Shown: piece by piece, positions 10,221 to 20,966 of the stretch | How the letters are laid out: every line of letters starts with the position of its first letter | Position numbering within the stretch: position 1 is the stretch's first letter | Source: Candidatus Bathyarchaeia archaeon | Lineage (GTDB): Archaea > Thermoproteota > CALKCG01 > B24 | Length of the DNA: 64,000 nucleotides | NCBI GenBank assembly: GCA_038870975.1 | Contig: JAVZJD010000001.1 | Span: 544,001-608,000 of the forward strand | Direction of reading: 5' to 3' | The notes under the pieces: model-generated | The model's input: only the letters and a program-made list of their open reading frames with translations | Databases searched by the model: none | Told to the model about the DNA's origin: nothing | Position numbers and translations under genes: made by a program

Positions 10221-11250
10221 ACGGATTCTTGAAAAGATCCGAGGAAGAAAAGCTTCAACAACTATTTTAACCCTACTACCCATACTTTTTTTCCTAGCGT
10301 CACTATTCATTGGTAGGTATCAGATTCCACCCGACATGGTGATCTTAACTCTCATATCGAAAATACTGCCGATGCCGCACCCACACAATATTCCTAAGCA
10401 GGTTGAAATAACGATAATTCAGATTAGACTGCCAAGAGCCATAGCAGCTACGCTGGTAGGTGCTACTTTAGCCCTCTCGGGAACAAGCTTTCAAGCCCTA
10501 TTCAGAAACCCTTTAGTCTCTTCTCAAATACTAGGTGTTGCTTCAGGCGCAGGCTTTGGAGCCGCTCTAGCTCTTCTCTTATCCGGAGATCTCGTGGTCG
10601 TTCAGATTTCAGCCTTCGGGTTTGGAATAGCAGCCGTAGCCATGTCCTATGCAATAAGTAGAATACATAAGGAAACACCAGTTCTCACGCTTGTTTTAGC
10701 TGGAATGGTTGTTGGAGCCTTGTTCTCATCTCTAACCTCGCTTATAAAGTACGTAGCCGACCCGTATGAAAGACTTCCTTCGATAGTCTTCTGGCTCATG
10801 GGAAGTCTCTCAGGGGTTTCATTTAGAGAGCTCTCCTGGAGCGTTATTCCAATGATAGCCTCATGTATAATTCTAGTTATGATCAGATGGAGGCTGAACG
10901 TCCTTTCGCTAGGAGAGGAGGAGGCTAAAGCGTTAGGTGTGGATGTTGAAAAGATGAGGATGCTTGTGGTAAGCTGTTGTACGTTGATGACGAGTGCGGC
11001 TGTAGCTATAGCTGGTGTAGTCGGATGGGTTGGATTGGTAATACCGCACGTATGTAGGATGCTGGTAGGTCCAGACCATAAGGTTCTTGTGCCAGCTTCA
11101 ATATCCATAGGGGCTACGTATATACTGGCAGTTGATAGTTTAGCTAGAGCGGTTTCAACGGTTGAAATACCCCTAGGCGTATTGACTGCTATAATAGGAG
11201 CACCGTTCTTCTTCTACCTTCTGAGGAGGGAGAGATTGGGATGGAGATGA
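10195..11250 (+). CDS. FecCD/BtuC family ABC permease
   Basis: IRLPRAIAA, FRNPLVSSQILGV, FWLMGSL, GWVGLVIPH, EIPLGVLT. Confidence 0.93.
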   Translation: MVHMSQRYKRILEKIRGRKASTTILTLLPILFFLASLFIGRYQIPPDMVILTLISKILPMPHPHNIPKQVEITIIQIRLPRAIAATLVGATLALSGTSFQALFRNPLVSSQILGVASGAGFGAALALLLSGDLVVVQISAFGFGIAAVAMSYAISRIHKETPVLTLVLAGMVVGALFSSLTSLIKYVADPYERLPSIVFWLMGSLSGVSFRELSWSVIPMIASCIILVMIRWRLNVLSLGEEEAKALGVDVEKMRMLVVSCCTLMTSAAVAIAGVVGWVGLVIPHVCRMLVGPDHKVLVPASISIGATYILAVDSLARAVSTVEIPLGVLTAIIGAPFFFYLLRRERLGWR

Positions 11251-12080
11251 AAGTAGTAGACTTGCACTTTTCATATCCTACGGGTAAGGAGGTTATTAAA
11301 GGCATCTCATTTAAAGTGAATAGTGGAGATATCTTCTGTATATTGGGTCCAAACGGATGTGGTAAAACAACCCTTCTAAAGTGTTTATGCGGCATTTTAA
11401 AGCCTACCAAGGGTTTAATACTTCTAGATGGTGTAGAAGTGAAACCTACGTCTAGAGCTGAATATGCGAAAATCGTCGCCTATCTGCCTCAGGAGCATAG
11501 GTCTTTTCTCCCATATAGAGTCTTAGATTTTGTAGTCATGGGGAGGGTGCCGCACTTAGACATATTCTCAACGCCGTCGGATAAGGACTATAGGATAGCT
11601 GAAGAAGCGCTTAAGGAGGTTGATGCCTACCATTTGAAGGATAGGCCGTACGTAGAGTTGAGCGGCGGTGAGAAACAACTCGTACTGATTGCTAGAGCAT
11701 TAGCCCAACAGCCTAAAATCTTACTTTTAGATGAGCCGACTTCTCAGTTAGACCTGAAAAACCAAGCGATTGTGCTTAAAGTACTAAGTAGACTTGCACG
11801 ACGTGGCTTAATAGTGGTAATGAGTACACATTTCCCAACACATGCTTTTCTACACTCTAGTAGAGTGGGCTTAATGATGGATGGACGTTTCTTAGCATTA
11901 GGAGAGCCAGAGCAGATCATGACGGAGGAGAATCTCAGAAAGGCGTATGGTGTTGATGTAAAGGTTCTATCGGTAAGAAGTCCAATAGGTGATGGTTTTA
12001 TAAAGATGTGCATTCCGACCGAGGTTATCTTAGCACGCCGGTGCCTCTACGAGGGTGAGCGTAAAGAGGGAGATTCATAG
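11241..12080 (+). CDS. Metal-chelate ABC transporter ATP-binding subunit
   Basis: GPNGCGKTT, LSGGEKQ, LLLDEPT. Confidence 0.93.
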   Translation: MEMKVVDLHFSYPTGKEVIKGISFKVNSGDIFCILGPNGCGKTTLLKCLCGILKPTKGLILLDGVEVKPTSRAEYAKIVAYLPQEHRSFLPYRVLDFVVMGRVPHLDIFSTPSDKDYRIAEEALKEVDAYHLKDRPYVELSGGEKQLVLIARALAQQPKILLLDEPTSQLDLKNQAIVLKVLSRLARRGLIVVMSTHFPTHAFLHSSRVGLMMDGRFLALGEPEQIMTEENLRKAYGVDVKVLSVRSPIGDGFIKMCIPTEVILARRCLYEGERKEGDS

Positions 12081-12083
12081 GTT

Positions 12084-12710
12084 ATGAGTTATTCTAACTC
12101 ATCTGTGGAAGGGGATATACCTCATCCTCCCCTCTTCCCATTGATCGTATATCAGGCTTTAGCACAGCAGATTATTGAAGATTGTGAAATCTTAGAGGGG
12201 CTGTGTGTTGACCTAGGTAGTGGTGTTGGCATGCTTGGGATACAGCTTGCCAAGCTGACTAAGCTTGAAGTCTTACTCCTAGATGTTGATAGAAACGCTT
12301 TAGTATGCGGTTTGGAAAACGCTGAGCATTTCAAGGTTAGAGAAAAAGTTTCAGCAATCCGAGCAGATGTACATAATCTACCGTTTAAGCCTAACTCGGT
12401 AGACTTGATAGTCAGTAGAGGATCCATACCGTTTTGGAGAAACCATGTTAAAGCCTTCAGAGAAATATATGAGGTATTAGCTAGAGGGGGAAGAACCTTC
12501 ATAGGTGGAGGATTAACCAAGAATCTACCGGAGCATGTGAGGAGGAAGCTTGGAGAGAGAATAAGACAGTTCTTCAATAGCTCTAGAGGTAGACAGTATC
12601 TAGCTCCAGAAGACTGGAGGATAGAGGATTGGCTTAGAGAAGCCGGGATCACGCAGTTTGAAGTAATTCGAGGAGACCCAGGCAGATGGATTGAAATTAT
12701 CAAATCTTAA
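12084..12710 (+). CDS. Class I SAM-dependent methyltransferase
   Basis: DLGSGVG, ADVHNLPF, DLIVSRGS; paralog of 40738..41403. Confidence 0.9.
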   Translation: MSYSNSSVEGDIPHPPLFPLIVYQALAQQIIEDCEILEGLCVDLGSGVGMLGIQLAKLTKLEVLLLDVDRNALVCGLENAEHFKVREKVSAIRADVHNLPFKPNSVDLIVSRGSIPFWRNHVKAFREIYEVLARGGRTFIGGGLTKNLPEHVRRKLGERIRQFFNSSRGRQYLAPEDWRIEDWLREAGITQFEVIRGDPGRWIEIIKS

Positions 12711-12797
12711 GCCATCTCTTCTGAAGATTTGAAGATTGCAACTTTCCAGTTTTCAATAGCATATTTTGTCTACAGGTTTTAATCGCACATCTAATGC

Positions 12798-13240
12798 TTA
12801 AACTCCAAAGTTTTCCCTCAAATAGTTACTTATAACTAGAAGAGCCTTCTCAGCGCTTCTAATGGCTTCCTCAGCCTGCTCACGTCTGTACTCTTTAGAT
12901 GGTTGCCAAATTCTCCTACCTCTGACTATCGGATACCTCGCTAACGTGTAGTGCTCGAAAAGCCAATATACTTCCCTCAGAACATCTTTTAGAAGCTCAA
13001 CCCAATTGCTTGGTGCTGATGTTATAACCTCCGAGGCGAAGTACGGTGAAACATCATGCTCATTACACCATGCATGGTTAAAGCAGATTTCATGGCTAGT
13101 TCAACGCATTGTTGGGCGTTGAAAACGGCTCTAGCATATCTTTCAGCTTTAAAATCGTCTTTAGCTGACTCTAGAAACACCTTAGCTTCTCCAATTTGAG
13201 CTCTAGCTAGTTCAATGTTTAGGCTTGATCCAGAGTCCAC
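12798..13240 (-). pseudogene. HEPN domain protein, frameshifted
   Basis: FNAQQCVELAMKS in one frame; EHDVSPYF...YTLARYP...EQAEEAIRSAEKALLVISNYLRENFGV* continues in another frame after about 13062. Confidence 0.8.
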
Positions 13241-13724
13241 TCCACTTATACCTCCTCCATCCTTCCTCGCGTAAAGAAGCCTCCACCTCGTTTAAAAGCT
13301 CGCTCACTCCAAGTCTATCATATGTGACTTTATAACCTAATAGCACTCCAAGAATTAAAGGATGTTTTTGATCCAACATATACTTGAATTCGTCTACTGT
13401 GAATACTAGAGAGTCGATCGGTATTTCATACTCTATCATTATATTTTCAAGACCGCTACGGACATTTCTATCGCTCTCCGTAGCATCTGTGAGAACTACG
13501 ATTACGTCTAAATCACTTTCGAGCTTTCTTCTACCTTGAACTGTGGAACCGAAGAGAACGATCGATAAGAGTCTATCTTCATACTTGACTTTTAAACGTT
13601 CAACGATTTCTCTGCAAACATCCTCAAGATACGTCAATTCACAGTGAAAAGTTCTTTCGCGGTAATTAAAGCTATTGTCGGATCTGAGAAGCGAGGAAAA
13701 ATGGAATTGGAAGTCTAAATCCAA
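13212..13724 (-). CDS. Minimal nucleotidyltransferase (MNT) antitoxin (true start probably downstream)
   Basis: LFGSTVQGRRKLESDLDV (GS-x10-DxD); upstream of the HEPN gene. Confidence 0.85.
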   Translation of the reverse strand: MDLDFQFHFSSLLRSDNSFNYRERTFHCELTYLEDVCREIVERLKVKYEDRLLSIVLFGSTVQGRRKLESDLDVIVVLTDATESDRNVRSGLENIMIEYEIPIDSLVFTVDEFKYMLDQKHPLILGVLLGYKVTYDRLGVSELLNEVEASLREEGWRRYKWSGLWIKPKH

Positions 13725-13775
13725 GATAAAAGCATGCCCGTTATCAGAAGTGTGAGCTATTATGCTTTCAATTAC

Positions 13776-14480
13776 CTACTCTTCAGCTCTTCGTTTGACT
13801 TCCATCTTTAGTCTACCTATGTAGTCCTTCACTTTAGTAAGCCACATGTTAAACTCACGCTCTAAGTTTTCTCTTGGATAATTTCCACGGTAGAAGTATT
13901 CTACGTGCAACTTCTCTATTATCTGCTCAAACTCCTCTGCATACGGGTTTGGAAGCATCCTCCTCACCATCCCCCATCTTGTCACTTCAGTCGACAGGTA
14001 GACCATCGATGCTATTCTAGCGGCGTGGAATAATGCGTCAAAAGCCTCCCGTATCCTCCTATCCTTATCTAACGAGTCTACCGCCTCCTTAGAAAGTTTA
14101 AAATCTTCTAAAGCACCCCTAATGTACGACTCAGCCTGATCAAACGTCGGATCGCCGAGGCTTTTAGAGAGGCTTCTAATGCAATCCCCACTACCGTAAA
14201 GTATGTTAAAGGCACCCAATATATTTCTTAAGAGGTCTTCCCTTAGCGTTTCCCCGACCTCATGGACTATTATGTCCACGCTTATTGGCGCATCACATGG
14301 ATTGGCTAAGTCGAAGTATCTACCATAATCCTTTTTACGCTTAGTTACTATGAAAAGGTCTACATCTCTAGCATACTTAGGAGCGTAAACAGACGAGCCG
14401 AACTGCACTATTTCAACTATGTCAGGGTCGAATTCTACGAGCTTCTTACATAAACTACTTACATAGGATTTAATATCCAA
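13776..14480 (-). CDS. MNT-HEPN fusion protein
   Basis: QFGSSVYAPKYARDVDL followed by helical HEPN-like domain (AFDALFHAAR...LHVEYFY). Confidence 0.75.
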   Translation of the reverse strand: MDIKSYVSSLCKKLVEFDPDIVEIVQFGSSVYAPKYARDVDLFIVTKRKKDYGRYFDLANPCDAPISVDIIVHEVGETLREDLLRNILGAFNILYGSGDCIRSLSKSLGDPTFDQAESYIRGALEDFKLSKEAVDSLDKDRRIREAFDALFHAARIASMVYLSTEVTRWGMVRRMLPNPYAEEFEQIIEKLHVEYFYRGNYPRENLEREFNMWLTKVKDYIGRLKMEVKRRAEE

Positions 14481-14980
14481 ACTGTAACTAACTACTTTAA
14501 TGTACTCTTAAAAAGATTTTAGAAGATGGAAGTTATTGCTTAAAATACCTGCGGATAAACTCTCCAGGTCAGCGGAGCAAGAGATGGTATAAATTGGAAT
14601 CCTCCATAAATCTAAAACTAAAATGCATAGGGAAGTGCCTCCAAAGGTTATCATATCAAATCTATTCTATCATAGTTTAATTGTTATCCCTTTTACACCC
14701 ATAAACCGCCTCTACTGCTTTCTGTGTTAACAACACCATCAACAGTTGAGGGGAGCCGTCTCCAGCTCTTACAGCTTCTATAGGTTCACTGGGGTTCTTA
14801 AAACTGCACGTACAGCATAAAAGTGGAACACCAGAGTACTGTGTGAATCTGAGTTTTAAAGCAACTATGTACTATGAGAGACTGACCCATATGAAGCTTA
14901 AGAAGAGAAGTAAAGAAGTCTAGGCAAATCAACATTCATTATGGAGGAGGACTATGGCTGTTTAAGAGTTATATTCTCGT

Positions 14981-15277
14981 TTATTTAGAACAGGGACCTC
15001 TCGGACACAGATATACGTGGACTCTTTTCATACGCTCTTCCATAGATAGGCCACTGACGAACCTTCGAATATAATCCTCCACTATTTTAAATTGTTCTTC
15101 CGTTAATTTTAAAGTTGCAAACCCCGTCTTTTCAGCCTCCCTTTCATACCATCCGCAGAGTCCAATGCAAACATATCTATGTAAAAGACGTCTGGCTTCC
15201 TCCCAAGATATGTTCAACTGTTTGGCAATAGCCTCTATGACGTTCTCCACCCCACCATTGTGCGAAGACATCCGCAT
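14981..15277 (-). CDS. Small Cys-rich hypothetical protein
   Basis: 98 aa; CIGLCGWY and CPRGPC motifs. Confidence 0.6.
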   Translation of the reverse strand: MRMSSHNGGVENVIEAIAKQLNISWEEARRLLHRYVCIGLCGWYEREAEKTGFATLKLTEEQFKIVEDYIRRFVSGLSMEERMKRVHVYLCPRGPCSK

Positions 15278-15316
15278 AAACCTCCATTTTTAAAAGAGTG
15301 GATCTCTATGGAATCT

Positions 15317-16060
15317 TCAGCTTTTAGCGGTATTAGCCTTTTTTCTCTCTTCAGCTATTTTACGGACCAGGGGGTTAAACATGCATCTTTCCATGAGGCA
15401 GACCGGGTTCTCCTTCCATAGTGTACATCTACCTACGAGCCCGCCTGGGCTTGGTGTGGATAGTTTGTAGCCAAACTCCTTCTCAAAGACTCTAACGGCA
15501 TGCAGTATGACAACGTAAGATGCAAGCCTACAACAGTGAGGACCCCCATGTCTAGCCACCAATGTAATCGCTTCAGCCGAGTACTTTAAAGTTAAACTTC
15601 TCTCCTTATCATGGTATGGTGTAGCTTTGGTGATTATGCTTACAGCTATGCCCAGCCCAACGGCGGCTCCACACGCCCCAAGGAAGCCGCAAGCCGCGGC
15701 TGGGACGAGGGAGCCTCTTTTTAAAGCTTCTTCTACATCTTCATCTGTAAAGGGATAGCCGTTATTTCTTAGGGAGGCTATTAAAACTCCTGGGACGATT
15801 GCATGATGCCAGGGTCCGCTTACGGGCATCCTAGGCGAGAGATTCCACAATCCTCTAAGCTCATCGATGACTCTCTCAAACATGATGACTGGGTCTTTCT
15901 CCCTCGCGGCTAAAACCGTGTTGAAAACAGTGGGTAGAAACTCTACGTAGCGTCCAGGCTTTGGAGAACCCTTCATCATAGCAGACATCTTCCTATAGAG
16001 TTCATACCTTGGGGTATTCTTCAACTCCTCTATGGTAACTTCTTTAACCTCTTCACTCAA
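15317..16060 (-). CDS. DUF5714 family Cys-rich (C-GCAxxG-C-C-like) protein
   Basis: HHAIVPGVL, CGFLGACGAAVG, GGPHCCR, C-terminal C-x7-C-x4-C. Confidence 0.8.
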   Translation of the reverse strand: MSEEVKEVTIEELKNTPRYELYRKMSAMMKGSPKPGRYVEFLPTVFNTVLAAREKDPVIMFERVIDELRGLWNLSPRMPVSGPWHHAIVPGVLIASLRNNGYPFTDEDVEEALKRGSLVPAAACGFLGACGAAVGLGIAVSIITKATPYHDKERSLTLKYSAEAITLVARHGGPHCCRLASYVVILHAVRVFEKEFGYKLSTPSPGGLVGRCTLWKENPVCLMERCMFNPLVRKIAEERKKANTAKS

Positions 16061-16134
16061 GAGGATACACCATGTATTAGTGGTTTCTACGTTAATTTAA
16101 GTATTTCAAATTGTTAACTTCGCGTTGGAGTAGG

Positions 16135-17391
16135 TTAACGGACCTCCGATAGAAGTCTCAGCGACTCCTCTACAAGCTTCTCTCCAGTACCCTTCTCAAC
16201 TATGCACGTTGGGAATGACGCTTCGTATCCACCTTCATCGTATGCTTTTTCAACCGGAATGTATCCGAAGTATCCATTACAATATCCAACTACTAATGTG
16301 TTCTTAAAGGGAGAGTATTCTTTTATCTTAAGTCCTACCTCGACTAGTATCTCACTTGGGAGCATTACTAAAGCCGTATTGTCGGATAACGCTAGAACAG
16401 TTATCGGAAGATCTAAGTATTCCACGTTTCTGAACTTCTCTAAGACATAGATTTTAGTCTCGACGATGTAACGTCTATATGCGTCTAAAGATTCTCCAGA
16501 CTTTTCTAAAGCTTCAAGCTCCTGTTTAGCCTCTTCAATCGTCAAAGGCTTCCAAACCTTGGCTTTAACAGTCGAGCTTCTCATCCTTAAATTAGGCGTC
16601 TCAGGTGTAGATAGCTCAGCGGTTTTAACGGCTTCACACGCGAGGATACGACCCATCCAATCTACATCCTTAAAAGTCCCAATGCTTCTATCGTAGACCC
16701 TGTTTAAATCTGTCCCAAGCGTCAACGGGTTTATATCTCCACATGTACCATTGAGGAACAGTGGGAAGCCTCCGGTGAGCATTTTCACATAGCGGTTTAA
16801 AGCACCTGGATAATCTGCGCTTATATACAGGTTGTTATGCCCCATGACTACGGCGTGACATGTAAAATTGACTAGCAATGCCTCATATGTTGAATCATGT
16901 TTGAAGGAGACTACGTGAACTCTAGGGTCTATTAAGCCGGAGCTTGGATTCCGCCTATTCACTACGACTTTTTCAGCAGATCCAATTCCAGAGTATAGTT
17001 GGACCTCCTTAAGCTCTCTACTAGCCATGTAAACCGTTCCAGCGGCCACCTTAGCAATGTATTCGTTAAGCCACTGGTTGGGTTCCGGACCGGCATGAGT
17101 ATGAGTAGCGGCTATTGCAAGTTTGGATCTATCTACACCCAATGCCTTTGAAGCTAGGCTCTGGAAGTCGTCTAAAAGCCCAGAGCTTACCCCAATGAGG
17201 TCTAAGACAACTATTGCGAAGACTTCACCGTGGTCTTCAAAGTATAGTGCACGACACGTTAAATCATCATGTACCCCCTCAGACGGTTGAACTCTAGACG
17301 CATAACCTGAAAGACGTACTCCAACTGGAGGGGTTATTATAGATAGTGCATATCCTATTTTCAAAGGAGACACCATTATCAGATAGTTCAT
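16135..17391 (-). CDS. Neutral/alkaline ceramidase-like hydrolase
   Basis: ATHTHAGP, NFTCHAV, SADYPG, GTCGDINP, GGYE. Confidence 0.85.
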   Translation of the reverse strand: MNYLIMVSPLKIGYALSIITPPVGVRLSGYASRVQPSEGVHDDLTCRALYFEDHGEVFAIVVLDLIGVSSGLLDDFQSLASKALGVDRSKLAIAATHTHAGPEPNQWLNEYIAKVAAGTVYMASRELKEVQLYSGIGSAEKVVVNRRNPSSGLIDPRVHVVSFKHDSTYEALLVNFTCHAVVMGHNNLYISADYPGALNRYVKMLTGGFPLFLNGTCGDINPLTLGTDLNRVYDRSIGTFKDVDWMGRILACEAVKTAELSTPETPNLRMRSSTVKAKVWKPLTIEEAKQELEALEKSGESLDAYRRYIVETKIYVLEKFRNVEYLDLPITVLALSDNTALVMLPSEILVEVGLKIKEYSPFKNTLVVGYCNGYFGYIPVEKAYDEGGYEASFPTCIVEKGTGEKLVEESLRLLSEVR

Positions 17392-17442
17392 TCTAGTGGA
17401 GAATATTAAACTATCTTCTTATACATCGAGGTATCGATCGGG

Positions 17443-18252
17443 TTAGAGTCTAACTGGCACTCCGTGTCTGGCGAGGTATTCTTTAACTTCTCTAACTGTG
17501 TATTGTCCGTAGTGGAATATACTGGCCGCCAAAGCAGCGTCAGCCTCTCCAACTGTTAAGGCTTTTAAGATGTGGTCTAGATCTCCAGCTCCACTACTAG
17601 CGATTATAGGTACAGATACTCTTTTAGAGAGTTCTTTTAGAAGGGTTAGATCGTATCCCTGCTTTGTCCCATCGAAATCCAACGATGAAACTAAGAGTTC
17701 ACCCGCTCCAAGTTTAACAGCTCTCTCAGCCCACTTTAAAGCATCCATATTCGTAGATTGTCTTCCACCATAGATGTATACGTCCCACCAGCAGAGTCCT
17801 TTTTCCGACTCTACAGCCGTTTTATCCGTAGACTGCCGTTCATCTACGTAGACACGTTTAACATCTATAGATATCACTATACACTGACTTCCAAATACTT
17901 CAGACGCCTCTTTGATGAGATTTGGGTTCTGTACAGCCGCCGTATTTATGGAAACTTTATCTGCACCAGCGTGTAGAATCCTATGGATATCGTCTATACT
18001 TCTTATACCACCACCGACTGTGAAAGGTATGTACAGTACATCTGCAACCCGTTCTACGAGCGATATAAGTGTACCTCTTCCTTCGTAGGATGCGGTTATA
18101 TCTAGGAAGACGAGTTCATCAGCACCCTGCTCATAGTATTTTAAAGCTAGTTCAACGGGATCTCCAGCGTCTTTAAGGTCTTTAAATCCTATGCCTTTAA
18201 CTACTCTACCCTGTTTAACGTCTAAGCATGGGATTATCCTCTTCGCAAGCAT
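17443..18252 (-). CDS. hisF: Imidazole glycerol phosphate synthase cyclase subunit
   Basis: [43 protein letters not shown]. Confidence 0.97.
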   Translation of the reverse strand: MLAKRIIPCLDVKQGRVVKGIGFKDLKDAGDPVELALKYYEQGADELVFLDITASYEGRGTLISLVERVADVLYIPFTVGGGIRSIDDIHRILHAGADKVSINTAAVQNPNLIKEASEVFGSQCIVISIDVKRVYVDERQSTDKTAVESEKGLCWWDVYIYGGRQSTNMDALKWAERAVKLGAGELLVSSLDFDGTKQGYDLTLLKELSKRVSVPIIASSGAGDLDHILKALTVGEADAALAASIFHYGQYTVREVKEYLARHGVPVRL

Positions 18253-18258
18253 AGCCGT

Positions 18259-18921
18259 CTACCTTTTAATGTACTCTATGAAGTTTTTAAGTATTCTAAG
18301 TCCAATCTTCCCAGACCTCTCAGGGTGGAATTGTGTTGCGAAGACGGATCCTTTAGATACAACCGAGGGGAAGACGACACCGTATGTGGTCTCTGCGTCG
18401 ATATTATCGATTTCTACTTCTGATATTTTAGCGTAGTATGAGTGGACGAAGTATAGGAAACTTCCGTCTGGAACGCCATCTAGAAGAGGACATCCAAAGT
18501 CTCTTATCTCAATGGTATTCCAGCCTATATGTGGAATCTTAACATTCGACGGGAGTTTCACAACTATACCTTTAAAGTAGTCTAAGCCCTTGTATAGTCC
18601 ACCTTCAGTACTCACCGTGAATAGTAGTTGCATACCTAGGCATATTCCAAGTAAAGTTCCTCCACCAGCCATGAATTTTTTAATGGTATCTATGGCGGGG
18701 TTTAACCGTCTAATAGCCTCTGGGAAAGCACCGACACCTGGAAAAACAAGGGCATCTGCCTTTTCGATTTCGGCTATTTCACTAGTAATCGAGACTTCTG
18801 CACCGGATTTTTCCAAACCGTTTTTTATGCTCCTAAAGTTTCCAACAGCATAGTCGAAAACGACTACTTTAACCAACTTTAATTTTAAAGTCGAAGTTTC
18901 ACTATTAAATCTTTCCAACAA
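18259..18921 (-). CDS. hisH: Imidazole glycerol phosphate synthase glutaminase subunit
   Basis: PGVGAF, GICLGMQ, PHIGWN, YFVHSY, QFHPE. Confidence 0.96.
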   Translation of the reverse strand: MLERFNSETSTLKLKLVKVVVFDYAVGNFRSIKNGLEKSGAEVSITSEIAEIEKADALVFPGVGAFPEAIRRLNPAIDTIKKFMAGGGTLLGICLGMQLLFTVSTEGGLYKGLDYFKGIVVKLPSNVKIPHIGWNTIEIRDFGCPLLDGVPDGSFLYFVHSYYAKISEVEIDNIDAETTYGVVFPSVVSKGSVFATQFHPERSGKIGLRILKNFIEYIKR

Positions 18922-19075
18922 ATTATTCCCACGACTATTTTCACCTACTTAACTTGTGTCGACATACCCCTTAAACCAGCCAGCTCCCACTGTGTCCTAT
19001 GTAGTAGCCTTAGTTAGAATCTATACCTCTAGCCGCCTAGGAAATTGAAGCAAACACCACCGGAAAATCCCTACA

Positions 19076-20125
19076 TCATGGTTTAAGTTTCCTCCACCTC
19101 TCCTCATGCAGTTTAATCACTCTTAATACATTCCTATAAGCCATATCTTTTAGAGCTTCTTCAGTTAATCCAGCTTCAGCTAATGCATCCCACAGATTAC
19201 TCAACTTCGATATATCCTCTAAGCCTTGTGGTGGTTTTGCGGCTATCAATCCAAAGTAGTCTGTCCCTAGCGCTAGGAGCCTTGAACCATAGTTTTCGTA
19301 GACGTAACTTATGTGTTTAACCAAGTCTTTCACAGTGGGGTTGTCGGATATTGTGGAGGGTATGAACGTAAAGCCTACAACACCCTCCTTCGCACTTAGA
19401 GCTTCTAAAACCCTGTTGCTTAAGTTTCTAACGTGATTTTTAACGGCTTTCACATTCGCATGGCTCGCTATAACCGGTAGTTTAGATGCCTCTATCAGTT
19501 CTAAGCTCGTTTTTTCACCCGCATGTGAGATATCCAGTATAACACCGAGCCTATTGGCTTCCTCCACAAGGGCTTCACCGAAACCCGTTAATCCGTAGTC
19601 TCTAGCGCTCATACATGCGCCGCCATATTTAACGTCGTAATTCCAAGTCAGCTGGAGGCTTCTAACGCCAAGCCTGTAGAATATCTCTAGATCGCCAGGC
19701 TCATCTAAGGCTTCCGTTCCCTCTAAAGCTATTAGAAAACCTATCTTCCCATTTTCTAATAGCTTCTCAACATCACCCCTCTCAGAAATCGGCTCCAACT
19801 CTGAATGTGAAGCCATAAGCCTATGGTATATTTTAAGCTGCTCTATAACGTTCTCTTTGACAGCTCTTGGAGAATTTACGAAAGGCAGAGGTTTAACTTC
19901 ATAGCCTCTCCAAACAATTCTAGACAGACTTGGGTTGAAAGAAGGCATGAGTGGGAAGATGGATGCGAAGACGAGTCTAACATTAGCCTTGAGATACTTA
20001 GGTATATCTCCATGTCTACCTGGAAGGTCTACCGAGAAATCTTCAACTGGAAATCCATCATGTCCATTAGTAGCGTAGTAATAACCAATGTCTTCATGCA
20101 GATCTACAACGTGCTCCAATATCAA
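19076..20125 (-). CDS. Membrane dipeptidase family (M19)
   Basis: DLHED, LEG, LTWN, DISH, SHAN, RNL, GTDYFG. Confidence 0.9.
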   Translation of the reverse strand: MILEHVVDLHEDIGYYYATNGHDGFPVEDFSVDLPGRHGDIPKYLKANVRLVFASIFPLMPSFNPSLSRIVWRGYEVKPLPFVNSPRAVKENVIEQLKIYHRLMASHSELEPISERGDVEKLLENGKIGFLIALEGTEALDEPGDLEIFYRLGVRSLQLTWNYDVKYGGACMSARDYGLTGFGEALVEEANRLGVILDISHAGEKTSLELIEASKLPVIASHANVKAVKNHVRNLSNRVLEALSAKEGVVGFTFIPSTISDNPTVKDLVKHISYVYENYGSRLLALGTDYFGLIAAKPPQGLEDISKLSNLWDALAEAGLTEEALKDMAYRNVLRVIKLHEERWRKLKP

Positions 20126-20276
20126 TCAGACCTCCATTAGGAATAGAAGAAAGAAAGAATAAAAACCTAAAGGTAAAATCCGTAGAGAGACACCTACTAA
20201 GAACGTGTTCTCACCTATGGAGAAAAACAGTCGACATTAAACCAGTTAAAGAATGAACAACTTCTAAACTTTAGGA

Positions 20277-20302
20277 TATTAAGCCTCCATAGAGGCTTAA
20301 TA
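20277..20302. repeat. Perfect 11-bp inverted repeat (hairpin or operator) upstream of the dipeptidase
   Basis: TATTAAGCCTC-cata-GAGGCTTAATA. Confidence 0.5.
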
Positions 20303-20646
20303 GTCGAATTCCGAAGGAATCCAGAGTTTACGTTTCTGAAGACAGCATTAGCAAGCTAACCGTATAATTATTATTTCTAAAATCCACTACGACCAACATC
20401 CTCAACTTGAAAACGCTTCTTACTCGAAATTCTTTAACTCCTCCCCTTAGGGGCTTTATTCTTCTCCATGGTTTTTATGGCATTTCCCATAGGTTTTAGA
20501 GCGAAGCCCATTGTTTTCACTTCTAGACTATGGATTTTTGCAAAGATGAAAGATCTCTTCAGTTTGAAAGTTTTCAGCGAAAGAATATGGGAAGATCGAA
20601 AAAACTTTAAATCCGAGAATAGCATGGAGTACTTATAGCTTCTCTA

Positions 20647-20720
20647 GCCGCGGTAGCTCAGCCTGGGAGAGCGTCCGGCTGAAGACCGGATTGTCGCCGG
20701 TTCAAGTCCGGCCCGCGGCA
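20647..20720 (+). tRNA. tRNA-Phe(GAA), intronless, CCA not encoded
   Basis: Acceptor GCCGCGG/CCGCGGC, D-stem GCTC/GAGC, anticodon stem TCCGG/CCGGA with GAA at 20681-20683, T-arm GCCGG-TTCAAGT-CCGGC. Confidence 0.97.
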
Positions 20721-20966
20721 CTTTCTTCCATCAGAGCCTCCATTCTCTTGAAGAGAAAGTTTCTCTCTTAATCTTCTGGGGTATACCCTAACTCCATCTT
20801 TACTAGTAAAATTGCATTGTTTACTAGTAAACTCTTGATCTGCCAGTAACGCTTTAACGAATTGCTGAAGACTGTTGAAGCCGAGCATTTTAAGCTTTTC
20901 CATAAGTATTGGATATTCCTCCTCTCTTACGGATACTCCAACAGCCTTCCAACCCCTAACCGGCAT
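20658..20966 (-). pseudogene. Probable N-terminal fragment int(N) of an SSV-type split integrase, with RHH-like N-terminus
   Basis: ORF reads antisense into the tRNA 3' half, which is the int(N) topology; VGVSVREEEYPILMEKLKMLGFNSLQQFVKALL looks RHH-like; decayed paralogs follow the att copies at 22.3 and 24.4 kb. Confidence 0.6.
20799..20831. repeat. Tandem TTTACTAGTAAA palindromes, 21 bp apart
   Basis: 20799-20810 and 20820-20831; the same pair occurs at 22341/22362, single copy at 24496. Confidence 0.9.

Noticed and set aside
14500-14980. Possible gene fragments or ncRNA in intergenic DNA (also 18925-19075, 28750-29050, 34840-35250, 49140-49480)
   Set aside because: No recognisable motif, fold or C/D box pair that I can support by eye.
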